Shown in pieces: positions 11,051 through 21,269 of a stretch of 64,000 bases of DNA (position 1 is the first letter of the stretch; each line of letters opens with the position of its first letter). The position numbers and the translations under genes were made by a program. The stretch comes from Acidimicrobiia bacterium (lineage in GTDB: Bacteria; Actinomycetota; Acidimicrobiia; Spongiisociales; ZC4RG35), in NCBI GenBank assembly GCA_035305585.1, contig DATGOV010000029.1, positions 605 through 64,604 of the forward strand. Reading direction: 5' to 3'. The notes beneath the pieces were generated by a model. It made no database searches. It was not told the DNA's origin and saw only the letters and a program-made list of their open reading frames with translations.

Positions 11051-12531
11051 TGACGCTCGCTGCCGACAGGCCCGTTCGCTCTCTGCCGCGAACTCTGTCG
11101 TACGTCATCGGCTCAGCGGTGACGGCGATCGGGGTCTCGATGCTGGCCATCGCCGCTCTCGCCTATCTGCTCGGCGAGTGGGGAACGGGCCTCGGGATCG
11201 TCTTCGCCGGCCTGATCACCACCGCTTGCGGGTTCCTCATGTGGCGAGTCTTCGGCTCCGCGACGTCACTCGCCGTGAAGGAGGGGTTCGCGGCGGTCGG
11301 GTTGGCGTGGTTCGTCATCTCCGCATTCGGAGCCCTCCCCTATCTGTTCACGGGCACCATCCCCAACGTCACCGACGCCTTCTTCGAGACGGTGTCGGGG
11401 TTCACAACGACGGGAGCGTCTGTGATCTCGAATCCGGGCGACCTCCCGCAGAGCATCGGCATCTGGCGCGGCTTCACGCAGTGGGTGGGAGGGATGGGGG
11501 TGATCATCCTGTCGGTGGCAGTCTTGCCCCTCCTCGGCACCGGTGGCCTCCAGCTCGCCCGGGCAGAGCTGCCCGGCGGCAAGCCGGACCGGCTCACTCC
11601 CCGCTTCAAGGAAACGGCAAAGCGCCTGTGGTTCGTGTACGTGGGGCTGACGGCGCTGACGGGGATCCTCCTGACGCTCGGTGATCTCGACGTGTACCAG
11701 GCGGTGGTCCATGCGATGACGACGACCGCCACCGGGGGGTTCAGCACCGAGGCGAGCTCGCTGGCGTCGTTCTCCGCCTACACCCAATGGGTCGTCGCCG
11801 TCTTCATGTTCCTCTCCGGCGTCAACTTCGCCCTCCACTACCGGGCGTTGCGAGGCCCTTCTGCCTACTGGCGTGACTCGGAGTTCCGTCTCTATGCGGC
11901 GCTGATCATCGTCGGCATCGTCCTCGTGGCGGGCGGCATCTGGGCCGACAACGTCGTCACCGAGGCGATTCGCGACGCCTTCTTCACCGTGATCTCGCTC
12001 GTGACCACCACGGGGTTCGCCACTGCCGACTGGGGCTCGTGGCGACCCGCACTGCAGATCCTGGTCATCGGGCTGATGTTCCTGGGGGGCATGGCCGGGT
12101 CGACGTCCGGCTCCGTCAAGACTTTCCGCATCGGGATCCTCGCCAAGGCGGCGTTCTCGGACCTCCGTCGACTCGTGTACCCGAGGGGCGTGTTCACCAT
12201 CCGATTCGGACGCGACCGTGTTCCCGACGAGCTCTTGGAGTCGATCCAGTCGTTCTTCCTCTTCTACATGTTCCTTTTCATGTCGGGGACGTTCCTCTTG
12301 ACGTTCATCGACGCCAACATGTCCGAACGGCTGGATCTCGTCACGGCGGCGTCGGCGGTGGCGGCCTCCCTCGGAAACGTCGGACCGGGTTTGGCAGACG
12401 TCGGCCCTACCTCGACGTACGCCTCGATCGTCTGGCCCGGCAAGTGGCTCCTCTCGGGGCTCATGATCGTCGGCCGCCTCGAGATATTCCCCGTGCTCCT
12501 GCTGTTCACCCGCGACCTGTGGCGCCGCTGA
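11050..12531 (+). CDS. trkH: TrkH-family potassium transporter
   Basis: 493-aa polytopic membrane protein with repeated selectivity-filter-like segments (SGFTTTGAS, TTATGGFST, VTTTGFAT, GGMAGSTSGS). Confidence 0.85.
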   Translation: MTLAADRPVRSLPRTLSYVIGSAVTAIGVSMLAIAALAYLLGEWGTGLGIVFAGLITTACGFLMWRVFGSATSLAVKEGFAAVGLAWFVISAFGALPYLFTGTIPNVTDAFFETVSGFTTTGASVISNPGDLPQSIGIWRGFTQWVGGMGVIILSVAVLPLLGTGGLQLARAELPGGKPDRLTPRFKETAKRLWFVYVGLTALTGILLTLGDLDVYQAVVHAMTTTATGGFSTEASSLASFSAYTQWVVAVFMFLSGVNFALHYRALRGPSAYWRDSEFRLYAALIIVGIVLVAGGIWADNVVTEAIRDAFFTVISLVTTTGFATADWGSWRPALQILVIGLMFLGGMAGSTSGSVKTFRIGILAKAAFSDLRRLVYPRGVFTIRFGRDRVPDELLESIQSFFLFYMFLFMSGTFLLTFIDANMSERLDLVTAASAVAASLGNVGPGLADVGPTSTYASIVWPGKWLLSGLMIVGRLEIFPVLLLFTRDLWRR

Positions 12532-12536
12532 CCTCG

Positions 12537-13613
12537 TCAGGAGGCGAATACCGCGAGCTCGTCGCGGTGGATGACCTCGTCCCCGCCGCGTCGCCCCATC
12601 CTCTCCCGGACCGTAGTGGCAGGCATCCGGGCGAGCCCGCGACCGATCACCTGGCGGTCGGGGCCGACGACGTCGACCGTCTCCCCGGCTGAGAACTTGC
12701 CGTCGACTGCGACCACACCGACCGGCAGGAGTGATGTCCCCCGCTCGACGAGAGCCTGGACGGCACCCTCGTCGATCGTCACCCGGCCGCCCACGGGCTG
12801 GCAGAAGGCTATCCACAGCTTCCTCGCGGGCAGGGAGACCTTCCGCGGCTCCACCCAGGTCCCCACGTCCTCACCCTCCATCAGATCACGCAACGAAGCG
12901 TCGGCGGAGGCGATGATCGTCGGGATCTGCGAGAAGGCGGCGATACGGGCGGCCTGCACCTTCGTCGCCACGCCGCCCGAGCCGAGCGGACCGGAACCAT
13001 GGAGGCGGTCCAGTCGCTCGTCGGCGTGATCGACGGCGGCGAGGAACTCGGCCTCACCCAGGCGGGGATCGGACGAGAACAGCCCTTCGGTGTCGGTGAG
13101 CAGCACGAGGAGGGAAGCTCCGACGAGGTGCGAGACGATCGCCGCCAGCCGGTCGTTGTCGCCGAAGCGAACCCCGTCGATGGCGATCGTGTCGTTCTCG
13201 TTCACGACCGGGACCACCCCCTCCTGGAGCATGCGGTCGAGAGTCTGGCGGGCGTACAGGTACTGGTCGCGGTTGGCGAGGACGTCGCGCGTCAGGAGCA
13301 CCTGGCCGGCAACGCGGCCCCGGGCGGCGAAAGCCTCGGCGTAGCTGTGCATCAGGAGGCCCTGGCCGACGGCCGCGGCCGTCTGGAGGCTGGCGACGTC
13401 GGTGGGTCGAGACTCGAATCCCAACGGCCCCAAGCCGGCGGCGACCGCTCCGGAGGTGACGAGAACCGTCGGCAGTCCCGCGTCCCACGAGTCGGCGATC
13501 TGGCCGGCGACGCGCTCGATCGCCGCCCGGTCTATCCCGGCATCGGGGCCGACCAGGCTCGAAGAGCCGATCTTGACGACCACCCGGCCACCGGCTGGGA
13601 CTGGGCGTCTCAT
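12537..13613 (-). CDS. proB: glutamate 5-kinase (with PUA domain)
   Basis: VVKIGSSSL...LVTSGAVAAG...NENDTI, plus a C-terminal PUA-like segment. 4-nt overlap with obg. Confidence 0.9.
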   Translation of the reverse strand: MRRPVPAGGRVVVKIGSSSLVGPDAGIDRAAIERVAGQIADSWDAGLPTVLVTSGAVAAGLGPLGFESRPTDVASLQTAAAVGQGLLMHSYAEAFAARGRVAGQVLLTRDVLANRDQYLYARQTLDRMLQEGVVPVVNENDTIAIDGVRFGDNDRLAAIVSHLVGASLLVLLTDTEGLFSSDPRLGEAEFLAAVDHADERLDRLHGSGPLGSGGVATKVQAARIAAFSQIPTIIASADASLRDLMEGEDVGTWVEPRKVSLPARKLWIAFCQPVGGRVTIDEGAVQALVERGTSLLPVGVVAVDGKFSAGETVDVVGPDRQVIGRGLARMPATTVRERMGRRGGDEVIHRDELAVFAS

Positions 13614-14878
13614 TCGTCCTCGTCCTCCTCCTCGACCGAAACAGGAGGTGTGTACTCGAAAGTCAAGTCGCCGATCCGCACGTCGTCGCCTGCTCGAGCC
13701 CCGGCTGCGGCCAGCGCCCGGTCGACTCCGAGACGCTGCAGGCGGGCCGCTGCCATGTCGGCCGCTTCTGGGTGGGTGAGGTCGGCGAAGGCGACGGCAC
13801 GCTCGGCGGCGAGGCCTTCCACCACCCAGGTGTCGCCCTCCCGCCTGATCTCGAACGGGGCGCGAGCGGGACGGTGCAGCACGTACCCCGGACGAGCGGG
13901 CGTCTCCCGCTTGGCGGTCTCCACCAGATCAGCCACAGCATGGAGGAACTCGGGGATGCCCTCGCGGGTGACCGACGAGATGAGCTTCGCATTCGGCAAC
14001 TCGGCGGCCGCTTCCCGGGCCTCGGGAAGATCCGCCTTTCCGATCGCCACCAGCCGCGGGCGGGCGGCGAGCTCGGGTGAGTACTTCTCGAGCTCTCCGG
14101 TCAGGACCTCGAGCTGGCGAGCAGGCGGGTCGGCCTGGAGGGGAGAAGGGTCGAGCAGGATCACCAATGCCCGGGCACGCTCCGTGTGGCGGAGGAACTC
14201 GTGGCCGAGCCCGCGGCCTTCGGCCGCACCCTCGATCAGCCCGGGGATGTCGGCGAGGACGAACTCCCGGCCGTCGATCTCGACGACCCCCAGGTTCGGC
14301 TCGAGCGTCGTGAACGGATAGTCGGCGATCTTCGGCTTGGCGGCGGACACCACCGAGATCAGGGTCGACTTGCCGGCGTTGGGATAGCCGATCAGCGCGG
14401 CGTCGGCCAGCAGCCGCAGCTCGAACACGAATGTCTCCTCCCGGCCGAACTCGCCCTGTTCTGCGATCGAAGGAGCGCGATTGGTCGGGGACATGAATGC
14501 GGCGTTGCCCCTTCCCCCGCGGCCGCCCTCGACAAGGACGACGGACTGGCCGTCGGCGACGAGATCGGCGATGAGGGTGCCCTCTTCGTCGTAGATGGTC
14601 GTCCCGGCCGGGACCGGAAGCACCAGGTCCTCTCCGGCTCTCCCGTGCTGGAGGTCACCGCGGCCGTGGGTGCCGTCACCGGCGCGATGGTGGGGGTTGC
14701 GCTGATAGGTGAGTAGAGAGGCCATGCCCTCGTCGGCTCGGACGACGACGTTGCCTCCCCTGCCGCCGTTGCCGCCGGTGGGGCGCCCTTTCGGAAGCCC
14801 ACGACGGCGGGCGAACGCCACGACCCCGGCCCCTCCGTTGCCCCCCCGCAGGTGGACACGGACCCGGTCTACGAACAC
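13610..14878 (-). CDS. obg: GTPase Obg/CgtA
   Basis: MFVDRVRVHLRGGNGGAGVVAF Gly-rich Obg fold, G1 motif GYPNAGKST, and a C-terminal OCT-like domain. Confidence 0.9.
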   Translation of the reverse strand: MFVDRVRVHLRGGNGGAGVVAFARRRGLPKGRPTGGNGGRGGNVVVRADEGMASLLTYQRNPHHRAGDGTHGRGDLQHGRAGEDLVLPVPAGTTIYDEEGTLIADLVADGQSVVLVEGGRGGRGNAAFMSPTNRAPSIAEQGEFGREETFVFELRLLADAALIGYPNAGKSTLISVVSAAKPKIADYPFTTLEPNLGVVEIDGREFVLADIPGLIEGAAEGRGLGHEFLRHTERARALVILLDPSPLQADPPARQLEVLTGELEKYSPELAARPRLVAIGKADLPEAREAAAELPNAKLISSVTREGIPEFLHAVADLVETAKRETPARPGYVLHRPARAPFEIRREGDTWVVEGLAAERAVAFADLTHPEAADMAAARLQRLGVDRALAAAGARAGDDVRIGDLTFEYTPPVSVEEEDEDE

Positions 14879-14903
14879 GGCGCGTCCGGGGAGATGCCCC
14901 TGG

Positions 14904-15155
14904 TCAGTCGTCGACGACGTCTACCAGGCGTCGCTGGTTGCGCTTGGCGTAGCGGACAGTGCCCGCGGCGAGGGCGTAGAGGGTGTCGTCGCTGCCGCGG
15001 CCGACGTTGGCACCGGGATGGATCCGTGTGCCCCGCTGGCGCACGAGGATGGCGCCGGCGTTCACGAACTGGCCGTCGAAGACCTTGGGGCCGAGTCGCT
15101 TCGCGGCCGAGTCGCGCCCGTTCTTGCTGGAACCGCCTGCTTTGGTCTTGGACAT
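14904..15155 (-). CDS. rpmA: 50S ribosomal protein L27
   Basis: [52 protein letters not shown]. Confidence 0.95.
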   Translation of the reverse strand: MSKTKAGGSSKNGRDSAAKRLGPKVFDGQFVNAGAILVRQRGTRIHPGANVGRGSDDTLYALAAGTVRYAKRNQRRLVDVVDD

Positions 15156-15156
15156 C

Positions 15157-15555
15157 TCAATCCTCCTCGGAGGCGGCTTCGGTCTCGGCTGCCTCCGCTT
15201 CTGCTGCCTTCTTCGTCTGGCGCTTGGCCTGAGACTTCTTCTTCTGCTCGAGGGCGATGTCGGTGATCTCGAGTTCGGTGTAGGTCTGGCGATGGCCCAT
15301 CCGGCGCCGGTAGCCGGTCTTCGACTTGTATTTGAAGATCTCCACCTTGTCGCCCTTCACCTCACCCAGGACCCGGGCGGTGACAGTGGCGTTCTCCAGC
15401 TCGGAAGGGCTGGAGTGGGTGGTGCCGTCGTCGTCGACGACGAGCAACGGCTGAAACTCGATCGTTTCGCCGGCGTTCTTGACACGCTCCACCTGGATTA
15501 CGTCGCCGGAGCGCACCTTGGCCTGCTTGCCACCGGCGCGAATGATGGCGTACAT
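15157..15555 (-). CDS. rplU: 50S ribosomal protein L21 with a Lys/Glu/Ala-rich C-terminal extension
   Basis: [14 protein letters not shown]...[16 protein letters not shown], followed by an [22 protein letters not shown] tail. Confidence 0.9.
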   Translation of the reverse strand: MYAIIRAGGKQAKVRSGDVIQVERVKNAGETIEFQPLLVVDDDGTTHSSPSELENATVTARVLGEVKGDKVEIFKYKSKTGYRRRMGHRQTYTELEITDIALEQKKKSQAKRQTKKAAEAEAAETEAASEED

Positions 15556-15632
15556 GAGTAAAGACCTCGTCGGAGAAGGGTTACGAGAGTTGAGATTAGC
15601 AGCGCAGCCGGGCCACCAACAAAGGGGATGTC

Positions 15633-15661
15633 GGAGGGGGCCGACGCTGGCGGCACCCTCC
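15633..15661 (-). terminator. possible terminator hairpin after the Rne/Rng gene
   Basis: GGAGGGGGCCG-ACGCTGG-CGGCACCCTCC, an 11-bp stem with one mismatch, located 12 nt past the stop. The following T-tract is weak (CCCCTTTGTT). Confidence 0.35.
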
Positions 15662-15672
15662 GAGAGGGCCTA

Positions 15673-17232
15673 TCAGTCCGTGTCGACGGCGGCACCCACG
15701 ACCGGAAGGCCGTGTTTCACTGCCTCCTCGTTTAGGAGGACCCCTCTTCCCTCGCAGTGGGGGCAGGGCTCGGAGAAGTGCTCCAGGAGCCCCGCGGAGA
15801 CGTTCTTTCTCGTCATCTCCACGAGACCGAGCTGGGACACGTCGAAGACCTGGGTGCGGGTCTTGTCCTTGGCGAGCGTCTCCTTCAGCTTGCGGAGAAC
15901 GAGCTGCTGGTTCTTCTCCTTCTCCATGTCGATGAAGTCGATGACGATGATCCCGCCGATATCGCGCAGTCGCAGCTGACGGCCGATCTCCTCGGCCGCT
16001 TCGAGGTTGTTCTGCAGGACCGTCTCTTCGAGGCTCGAGGAACCGACGAACTTGCCGGTGTTCACGTCGATGACGGTGAGCGCTTCGGTTCGGTCGATGA
16101 CGAGGTGACCGCCCGACGGGAGATACACGCGACGTTCCAGCGCCTTCCGTAGCTGGTCGTCGACGTGGTACCGCTCGAACAGCGGCATCTCGTCCTGGTA
16201 GTGATGGACTTTGGACACGAGGTCGGGAGCAGTGGCGCGCAGGTACTCGACCACCGACTCGTAGGCTCCCCTGTCCTCGACGAGCATCCGGCGGAAATCC
16301 GGTGTGAAGTGCTCCCGGATCACGCGGATCAGGAGGTCGGGCTCCTCGTAGATCGCCCGGGGTGCCCCGCCTTCGGCGGCCTTCTCCTTGATCTCCTCCC
16401 AGGTCTTCACGAGACGGGAGATATCGGCGGCGATGTCCTCAGCGGAGGCGTGGAGGGCGGCGGTGCGGACGATCACACCGAATCCCTCCGGCTTCACCTT
16501 CTCGATCACCTCTCGGAGGCGGACCCTCTCCTCTTCCGGAAGACGTCGACTGATGCCGTTGGTGTCGGAGTCGGGAACGAGAACGAGATAGCGACCGGGA
16601 AGCGACGGGGTGCCGGTGAGACGAGCGCCCTTGGCTCCCATCGGGTCCTTCACCACCTGGACCAGGACCTCGTCGCCCTCCTTCAGGCTCTCCTCGATAC
16701 GGGGAGGGCCGTTGCGGTGCTTCTTCCTGTCGTAGGCGACGTCGGCGGCGTAGAGCACGCCGTTCTTCTGGGCACCGAAGTCGAGGAACGACGCCTCCAT
16801 CCCGGGGAGGACATTTCGGACCTTGGCGAGGTAGATGTTGCCGACCATCGAAGTGCGGTCGGGGCGGGCGACGTAGTGCTCGACGAGAACCGGCCCTTCG
16901 AGGATGACGATCTGGGTCTGGCCGTTGGCCGCCCGCACGAGCATCTGGCGTCGGCCGACATCGGTGGGGACGATGATCTCGTCCTCGACGGGACGACGGC
17001 CGTTCGAGCGTCCTCTGGGAGTGCCAGATTCGGAGCGACGCTTTCGCGGCTTCTCGCTCTTCTTGTCCTTGTCCCGCGGGCTGGCCTTGGCGGGAGGAGC
17101 TTTCTCAGTCGGCTCCTCTACCCGGCGAACCTCGACGGTTTGGCCTCCGATGCGGAGGATCTTCCGCTCCTCGACCACATCGGTCGACGATTTCTTGAGC
17201 ACCGTCGGGGTGCGGCGACGGAAGAATGGCAT
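15673..17232 (-). CDS. Rne/Rng-family endoribonuclease (short form, 519 aa)
   Basis: A basic N-terminal extension is followed by an S1 domain (IYLAKVRNVLPGMEASFLDFG), a catalytic core (GGIIVIDFIDM) and a Zn-link (CPHCEGRG). It sits upstream of rplU-rpmA, as in Actinobacteria. Confidence 0.85.
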   Translation of the reverse strand: MPFFRRRTPTVLKKSSTDVVEERKILRIGGQTVEVRRVEEPTEKAPPAKASPRDKDKKSEKPRKRRSESGTPRGRSNGRRPVEDEIIVPTDVGRRQMLVRAANGQTQIVILEGPVLVEHYVARPDRTSMVGNIYLAKVRNVLPGMEASFLDFGAQKNGVLYAADVAYDRKKHRNGPPRIEESLKEGDEVLVQVVKDPMGAKGARLTGTPSLPGRYLVLVPDSDTNGISRRLPEEERVRLREVIEKVKPEGFGVIVRTAALHASAEDIAADISRLVKTWEEIKEKAAEGGAPRAIYEEPDLLIRVIREHFTPDFRRMLVEDRGAYESVVEYLRATAPDLVSKVHHYQDEMPLFERYHVDDQLRKALERRVYLPSGGHLVIDRTEALTVIDVNTGKFVGSSSLEETVLQNNLEAAEEIGRQLRLRDIGGIIVIDFIDMEKEKNQQLVLRKLKETLAKDKTRTQVFDVSQLGLVEMTRKNVSAGLLEHFSEPCPHCEGRGVLLNEEAVKHGLPVVGAAVDTD

Positions 17233-17500
17233 TGATGTTCACTCCTATTGGTCTGCGGATGACCCGGCCGGTGGATTGACCTGGAGGTACCGGCGGTCTG
17301 GACGAGGAGTCGAGTGAACGCCACCAGAGTGGATCCGGCGCTAGAACGACGGATCGATTTGAAAAAGCCGATTCCAGTCCGAGGGGACGGGAGTCGGCGG
17401 GAAGAGAATCGCAGAGGCGTCACCGTCAAACTCCGAAGATGAGCCGCAACAGGCTGCGGCTTCGAAGGACATCCTACCACGCGGCGGGTGCCCTCCCAGG

Positions 17501-18091
17501 TCACGATTCGATGGCGAGCTCCTCTTGCTGGCCTTCTTCCGGCAGATAGCAGTGCCGGCATCTCGCCTCATAGGCGCCGGTCGCTCCCAGGACAACGAGG
17601 TCGTCGGATCTCACGATCCTCTGCGTGTACAAGGCGGGACCTCCGCAACGGTGGCACACGGCCAGCGTCTTGGTGACGTATTCGGCTCGCCCGCACAGCG
17701 ACGGAATCGGTTCGAACGGACGACGCAGGTAGTCGAGGTCGAGCCCGGCGACGATCACCTGCATTCCCGTGGAAGCGAGGTGGTCCGCGACTTCGACGAG
17801 CTCGTCGTCGAAGAACTGGCCTTCGTCCACCCCGACGACCTCGGTGTGGTCGTCGATCGCCATGAGCAGCTCCCTGGCCGACGCGACCGGCTGGGCCGCG
17901 ATCGAGAGCGCCGAGTGCGAGACCACCTTCTCGGTGGCGTAGCGATCGTCGAGGGCGGGCTTGAAGACCTGGACCGGTATCCGGGCGATCGCCGCCCGGG
18001 TGACCCGCCGGATCAACTCCTCGCTCTTGCCGGAGAACATCGGGCCGCAGATGACTTCGATCCAGCCCCGGTCGCCACGACGCCACATCAT
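17501..18091 (-). CDS. tdk: thymidine kinase
   Basis: IEVICGPMFSGKSEELIRR P-loop, VVGVDEGQFF, and Zn ribbon CHRCG...CRHC. Only the last 196 codons of the 497-aa track ORF are homologous. Confidence 0.85.
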   Translation of the reverse strand: MMWRRGDRGWIEVICGPMFSGKSEELIRRVTRAAIARIPVQVFKPALDDRYATEKVVSHSALSIAAQPVASARELLMAIDDHTEVVGVDEGQFFDDELVEVADHLASTGMQVIVAGLDLDYLRRPFEPIPSLCGRAEYVTKTLAVCHRCGGPALYTQRIVRSDDLVVLGATGAYEARCRHCYLPEEGQQEELAIES

Positions 18092-18156
18092 GGGTGCGAG
18101 GGTAGCTCTGAGCAGGGAGACGGAAGTCGGGAGTCGGAAGTCGGAACCGCTGACTC

Positions 18157-19308
18157 CTACACGACATATTGCTCGCCGGGCACAGGCGAGCGGCGCAGCC
18201 AGATCGAGTTGACGATGCCGAGGGCGTACGCGAGCGACATGAAAGCCGATCCCCCGAGACTCAAGAACGGGAGAGGAAGGCCTGTGACCGGCGTGATCCC
18301 CATCGTCATGCCGATGTTGATGAAGATGTGGAACATGAAGGTGGCGGCCACGCCGATGGCGACCATCGCCCCGAACCGGTCGCGGGCGTTGGCGGCGACG
18401 ACCAGTATCCGCCACATCAGGATCATGTAGGCGAGGAGCACCACCACGCCTCCCACGAACCCGAGTTGTTCGGCGACGGCAGTGAATATGAAGTCGGTCT
18501 CCTGCTCGGGTACGTAGTGGAAGTTGGTCTGGGTCCCCTTGAAGAGCCCTCTTCCGAGGAGCTGGCCGGACCCGATGGCGAGCTTCGACTGGGCGAGGTT
18601 GTATCCGATCCCCTGGGGGTCGACGGTGGGGTCGACCAGCACTCGGATGCGGTTCAGCTGGTAGTCGGCGATCGCTCCCATGCGGAACAGGGCGATCGTG
18701 ATGGCGGTCCCGGCGCCGACCAACGTCAGCAGCTGGCGCCACGACGCGCCGGCGGCGAACAGCATCGCCATCATCACGAAGACGAAGACGAGCATCGTCC
18801 CCAAGTCCGGTTGCTGGTAGATCAGACCCGCGGGGACCGCCACCGTGAGGATCACCAATCCGATCTTGGGCCATGTGAGGTCGGGCCGGAAGTCGTCTCG
18901 GTTCTGGGGGGACAGGATCGAGGCGAGCCCCAACACCACCACGATCTTGGCCAGCTCGGCCGGCTGGAGGTCGACGGGACCCAGTTCGATCCACCGTCGG
19001 GCCCCATTGCGCTCCGGGAAGAAGAACACGGCGATCAGGAGCACGACGATGGCTCCGTAGATGTATGGAATCAGCGCCCGATACTCCCGGTAGTCGATCA
19101 TCGACGCCACCAGGTACAAGACGATGCCGGCGGCGACGAAGATCATCTGCCGTTCCATGGAGAAGGTGCCCGAAGACCGCGTGGCCGAGTAGATCATGAC
19201 CAGCCCGAAGACGGCCAGCACGACCATGGTGGCGAAGAGCACCCAGTCGGGGCGGTTGCCACGTCGTTCGGAGACGGCTTCGCGGGCGGCACGGGCAATG
19301 GTTGCCAT
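18157..19308 (-). CDS. rodA: SEDS glycosyltransferase RodA (FtsW/RodA family)
   Basis: Begins MATIARAAREAVSERRGNRPDWVLFATMVVLAVFGLVMIYSAT, with about 10 TM segments. Its ATG overlaps the PBP2 stop (ATGA). Confidence 0.85.
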   Translation of the reverse strand: MATIARAAREAVSERRGNRPDWVLFATMVVLAVFGLVMIYSATRSSGTFSMERQMIFVAAGIVLYLVASMIDYREYRALIPYIYGAIVVLLIAVFFFPERNGARRWIELGPVDLQPAELAKIVVVLGLASILSPQNRDDFRPDLTWPKIGLVILTVAVPAGLIYQQPDLGTMLVFVFVMMAMLFAAGASWRQLLTLVGAGTAITIALFRMGAIADYQLNRIRVLVDPTVDPQGIGYNLAQSKLAIGSGQLLGRGLFKGTQTNFHYVPEQETDFIFTAVAEQLGFVGGVVVLLAYMILMWRILVVAANARDRFGAMVAIGVAATFMFHIFINIGMTMGITPVTGLPLPFLSLGGSAFMSLAYALGIVNSIWLRRSPVPGEQYVV

Positions 19309-21269
19309 CAGTCGGCGTCCTCTCCCTCGACGATCGGCGTGGGCTGGTTGCCGGTCAGGTACTGGAGGATGTGGCGGGCGACCGGGGCGGCGATCCGGCC
19401 TCCACTGCCTCCCTCGTCGATAACGACTACGACGATGTACTCCGGGTCGGACAGCGGCGCCACACCGACGAACCAGGCGTGGTTGTCGCGGTTCGGCGAG
19501 GTCTGGCCGGTGCCGGTCTTGCCCCCCACTTCTTCCACACCGTCCCCGAAGTTCGCGAAGGCCGCCCGAGCCGTGCCGGCCGACACGACACGCCCGAGGT
19601 CGGTGAGGAGCGACTGGCGGACAGCCGGGTCGATGTCCACTTCCCTCACGACCTCGGGCTGGTACTCGTAGACCACCTCGCCGGAGGGATCGACGACGGA
19701 TTTGACCACTGCAGGACGCAGCACATCGCCACCGTTCACCATGGCGGCGTAGGAGACCGCGACCTGGATAGGGGTGGAGGTCAGGGCTCCCTGGCCGATG
19801 GCGAGGTCCATGAGGTCGCCGCCGAGGAACGGGCTGGCGAGCTCCAATCGACTCGGGTCCAGACGCGGCGCCGCACCCGGGTTCTCGAGCTGATACTGCT
19901 TCCACTCCTCGAACAGCTCCGGCGTGGGGACGACACCGGCGGCTTCCCCGGTCAGGTCGATCCCGGTCGTCTGGCCGTATCCGAGCTCACGGGCGAAATC
20001 CTGGAGCACGTTGGCCTGGTCGGTGTTGCGGTACTTCTGATAGGTGCCGAGGCCGATCGACCAGAAGTAGATGTTGCACGACTGTTCCAGGGCGCCGTGG
20101 ACGTCGAGCCAGCCCTTGTCGCCGTCGTACCAGTCGTGCTTGACCTGCTGGGAGCCGTCGGCGAGGTCGAAAGAGATCTCGCCGTCGCAGTGCACCATCC
20201 GGTTCTCGGCGTCGACTCCCTCGCTGTCCTCCGGCAGGGGCAACTGGAACTGCTCGGCAGCCACATAGGTGACGGCTTTGAACGTCGAGGCGGGCGGGTA
20301 GAGGCCGCTCACGACGAGGTTGTTGAACGCTTGGCTCTCGCGGAGCTGGTCGAAGGTCTCCTGGTCCAGTCCGGAGACGAACTGCTGCGGGTCGAACGTG
20401 GGCACGGAGGCCAGCGCCAGCACCTCGCCCGTCCGGGCGTGGAGGACGACGGCCGCTCCCCTCTTCGCCTCCGAGAAGACCTGTTCGCCTTTCGTGAGGT
20501 CGTCGGCCTTGACCTCGTTGGCCAGCTCGATCCCGTCGACCAGAGCCCGGCTCACCACCTCTTGCAGTTGCAGGTCGATCGACAGGTAGACGGAGTCGCC
20601 GATGCTGGGCGGTACCTCCGGCTTCGCCTCGATGATCTCGCCTCGCGCCACCCGGTACTCGAAGATGCCGGGCTCCCCGCGCAGGTAGTCGTCGTAGACG
20701 GCTTCGACACCCAGCTTCCCGATGCGGACATTGGGATCGAGATCGGGCTTCTTCTCGAGATCCTCGGCCGTGGGGAGGCCGAGGTGCCCGGTCACATGTG
20801 CCAAGTCGGGGCCGGCCAGGTACACCCGCTCCGGCACCTTGATGATGTCCACTCCCGGCAGGTCTTCGAGGCTGCTGGCCAACTCGAATGCGGTGTCGAC
20901 GGACACAGCCCCGACGGTGAACCGGCCGTTGATCCCGGCTGCCTCGTACATCGCATCCAAGTCGGCGGCGGGTATCCCGAGGATGGAGGAGAGCCTCTGG
21001 ATGAGAACGTCCCGTTGAGCGACCGGGACGAAGGTGCGATCGACCTCCACCGCAGGGACGTACCGGCTCGTCACGACCAGCTTCCCGCTGCGGTCGAATA
21101 TGTCCCCCCGAGGCGCCTCGTATTTGCGAGTCTGCCAGGCGAGCTCCTGGGCCTCCTGGGCGATGGCGGCGCCCTCGGCGACCTGGACGAACCACAGCCG
21201 CAGCACCAGGATCCCGAACATGGCCACGAACGAGAACCCGATGACGGCGAGTCGAACGCTGTATTTCAC
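19308..21269 (-). CDS. mrdA: penicillin-binding protein 2 (class B transpeptidase)
   Basis: TM anchor VRLAVIGFSFVAMFGILVL, SxxK motif PPASTFK and KTGT motif GGKTGTG. GTG start at codon 226 of the track ORF, overlapping the mreD stop (GTGA). Confidence 0.85.
   Translation of the reverse strand: MKYSVRLAVIGFSFVAMFGILVLRLWFVQVAEGAAIAQEAQELAWQTRKYEAPRGDIFDRSGKLVVTSRYVPAVEVDRTFVPVAQRDVLIQRLSSILGIPAADLDAMYEAAGINGRFTVGAVSVDTAFELASSLEDLPGVDIIKVPERVYLAGPDLAHVTGHLGLPTAEDLEKKPDLDPNVRIGKLGVEAVYDDYLRGEPGIFEYRVARGEIIEAKPEVPPSIGDSVYLSIDLQLQEVVSRALVDGIELANEVKADDLTKGEQVFSEAKRGAAVVLHARTGEVLALASVPTFDPQQFVSGLDQETFDQLRESQAFNNLVVSGLYPPASTFKAVTYVAAEQFQLPLPEDSEGVDAENRMVHCDGEISFDLADGSQQVKHDWYDGDKGWLDVHGALEQSCNIYFWSIGLGTYQKYRNTDQANVLQDFARELGYGQTTGIDLTGEAAGVVPTPELFEEWKQYQLENPGAAPRLDPSRLELASPFLGGDLMDLAIGQGALTSTPIQVAVSYAAMVNGGDVLRPAVVKSVVDPSGEVVYEYQPEVVREVDIDPAVRQSLLTDLGRVVSAGTARAAFANFGDGVEEVGGKTGTGQTSPNRDNHAWFVGVAPLSDPEYIVVVVIDEGGSGGRIAAPVARHILQYLTGNQPTPIVEGEDAD

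Noticed and set aside
17501-18994. 497-aa ORF suggesting a large fusion protein ending in thymidine kinase
   Set aside because: Only the last 196 codons are Tdk. The Arg/Pro-rich upstream part is an out-of-frame read-through of rodA with no stop, which is common in GC-rich DNA.
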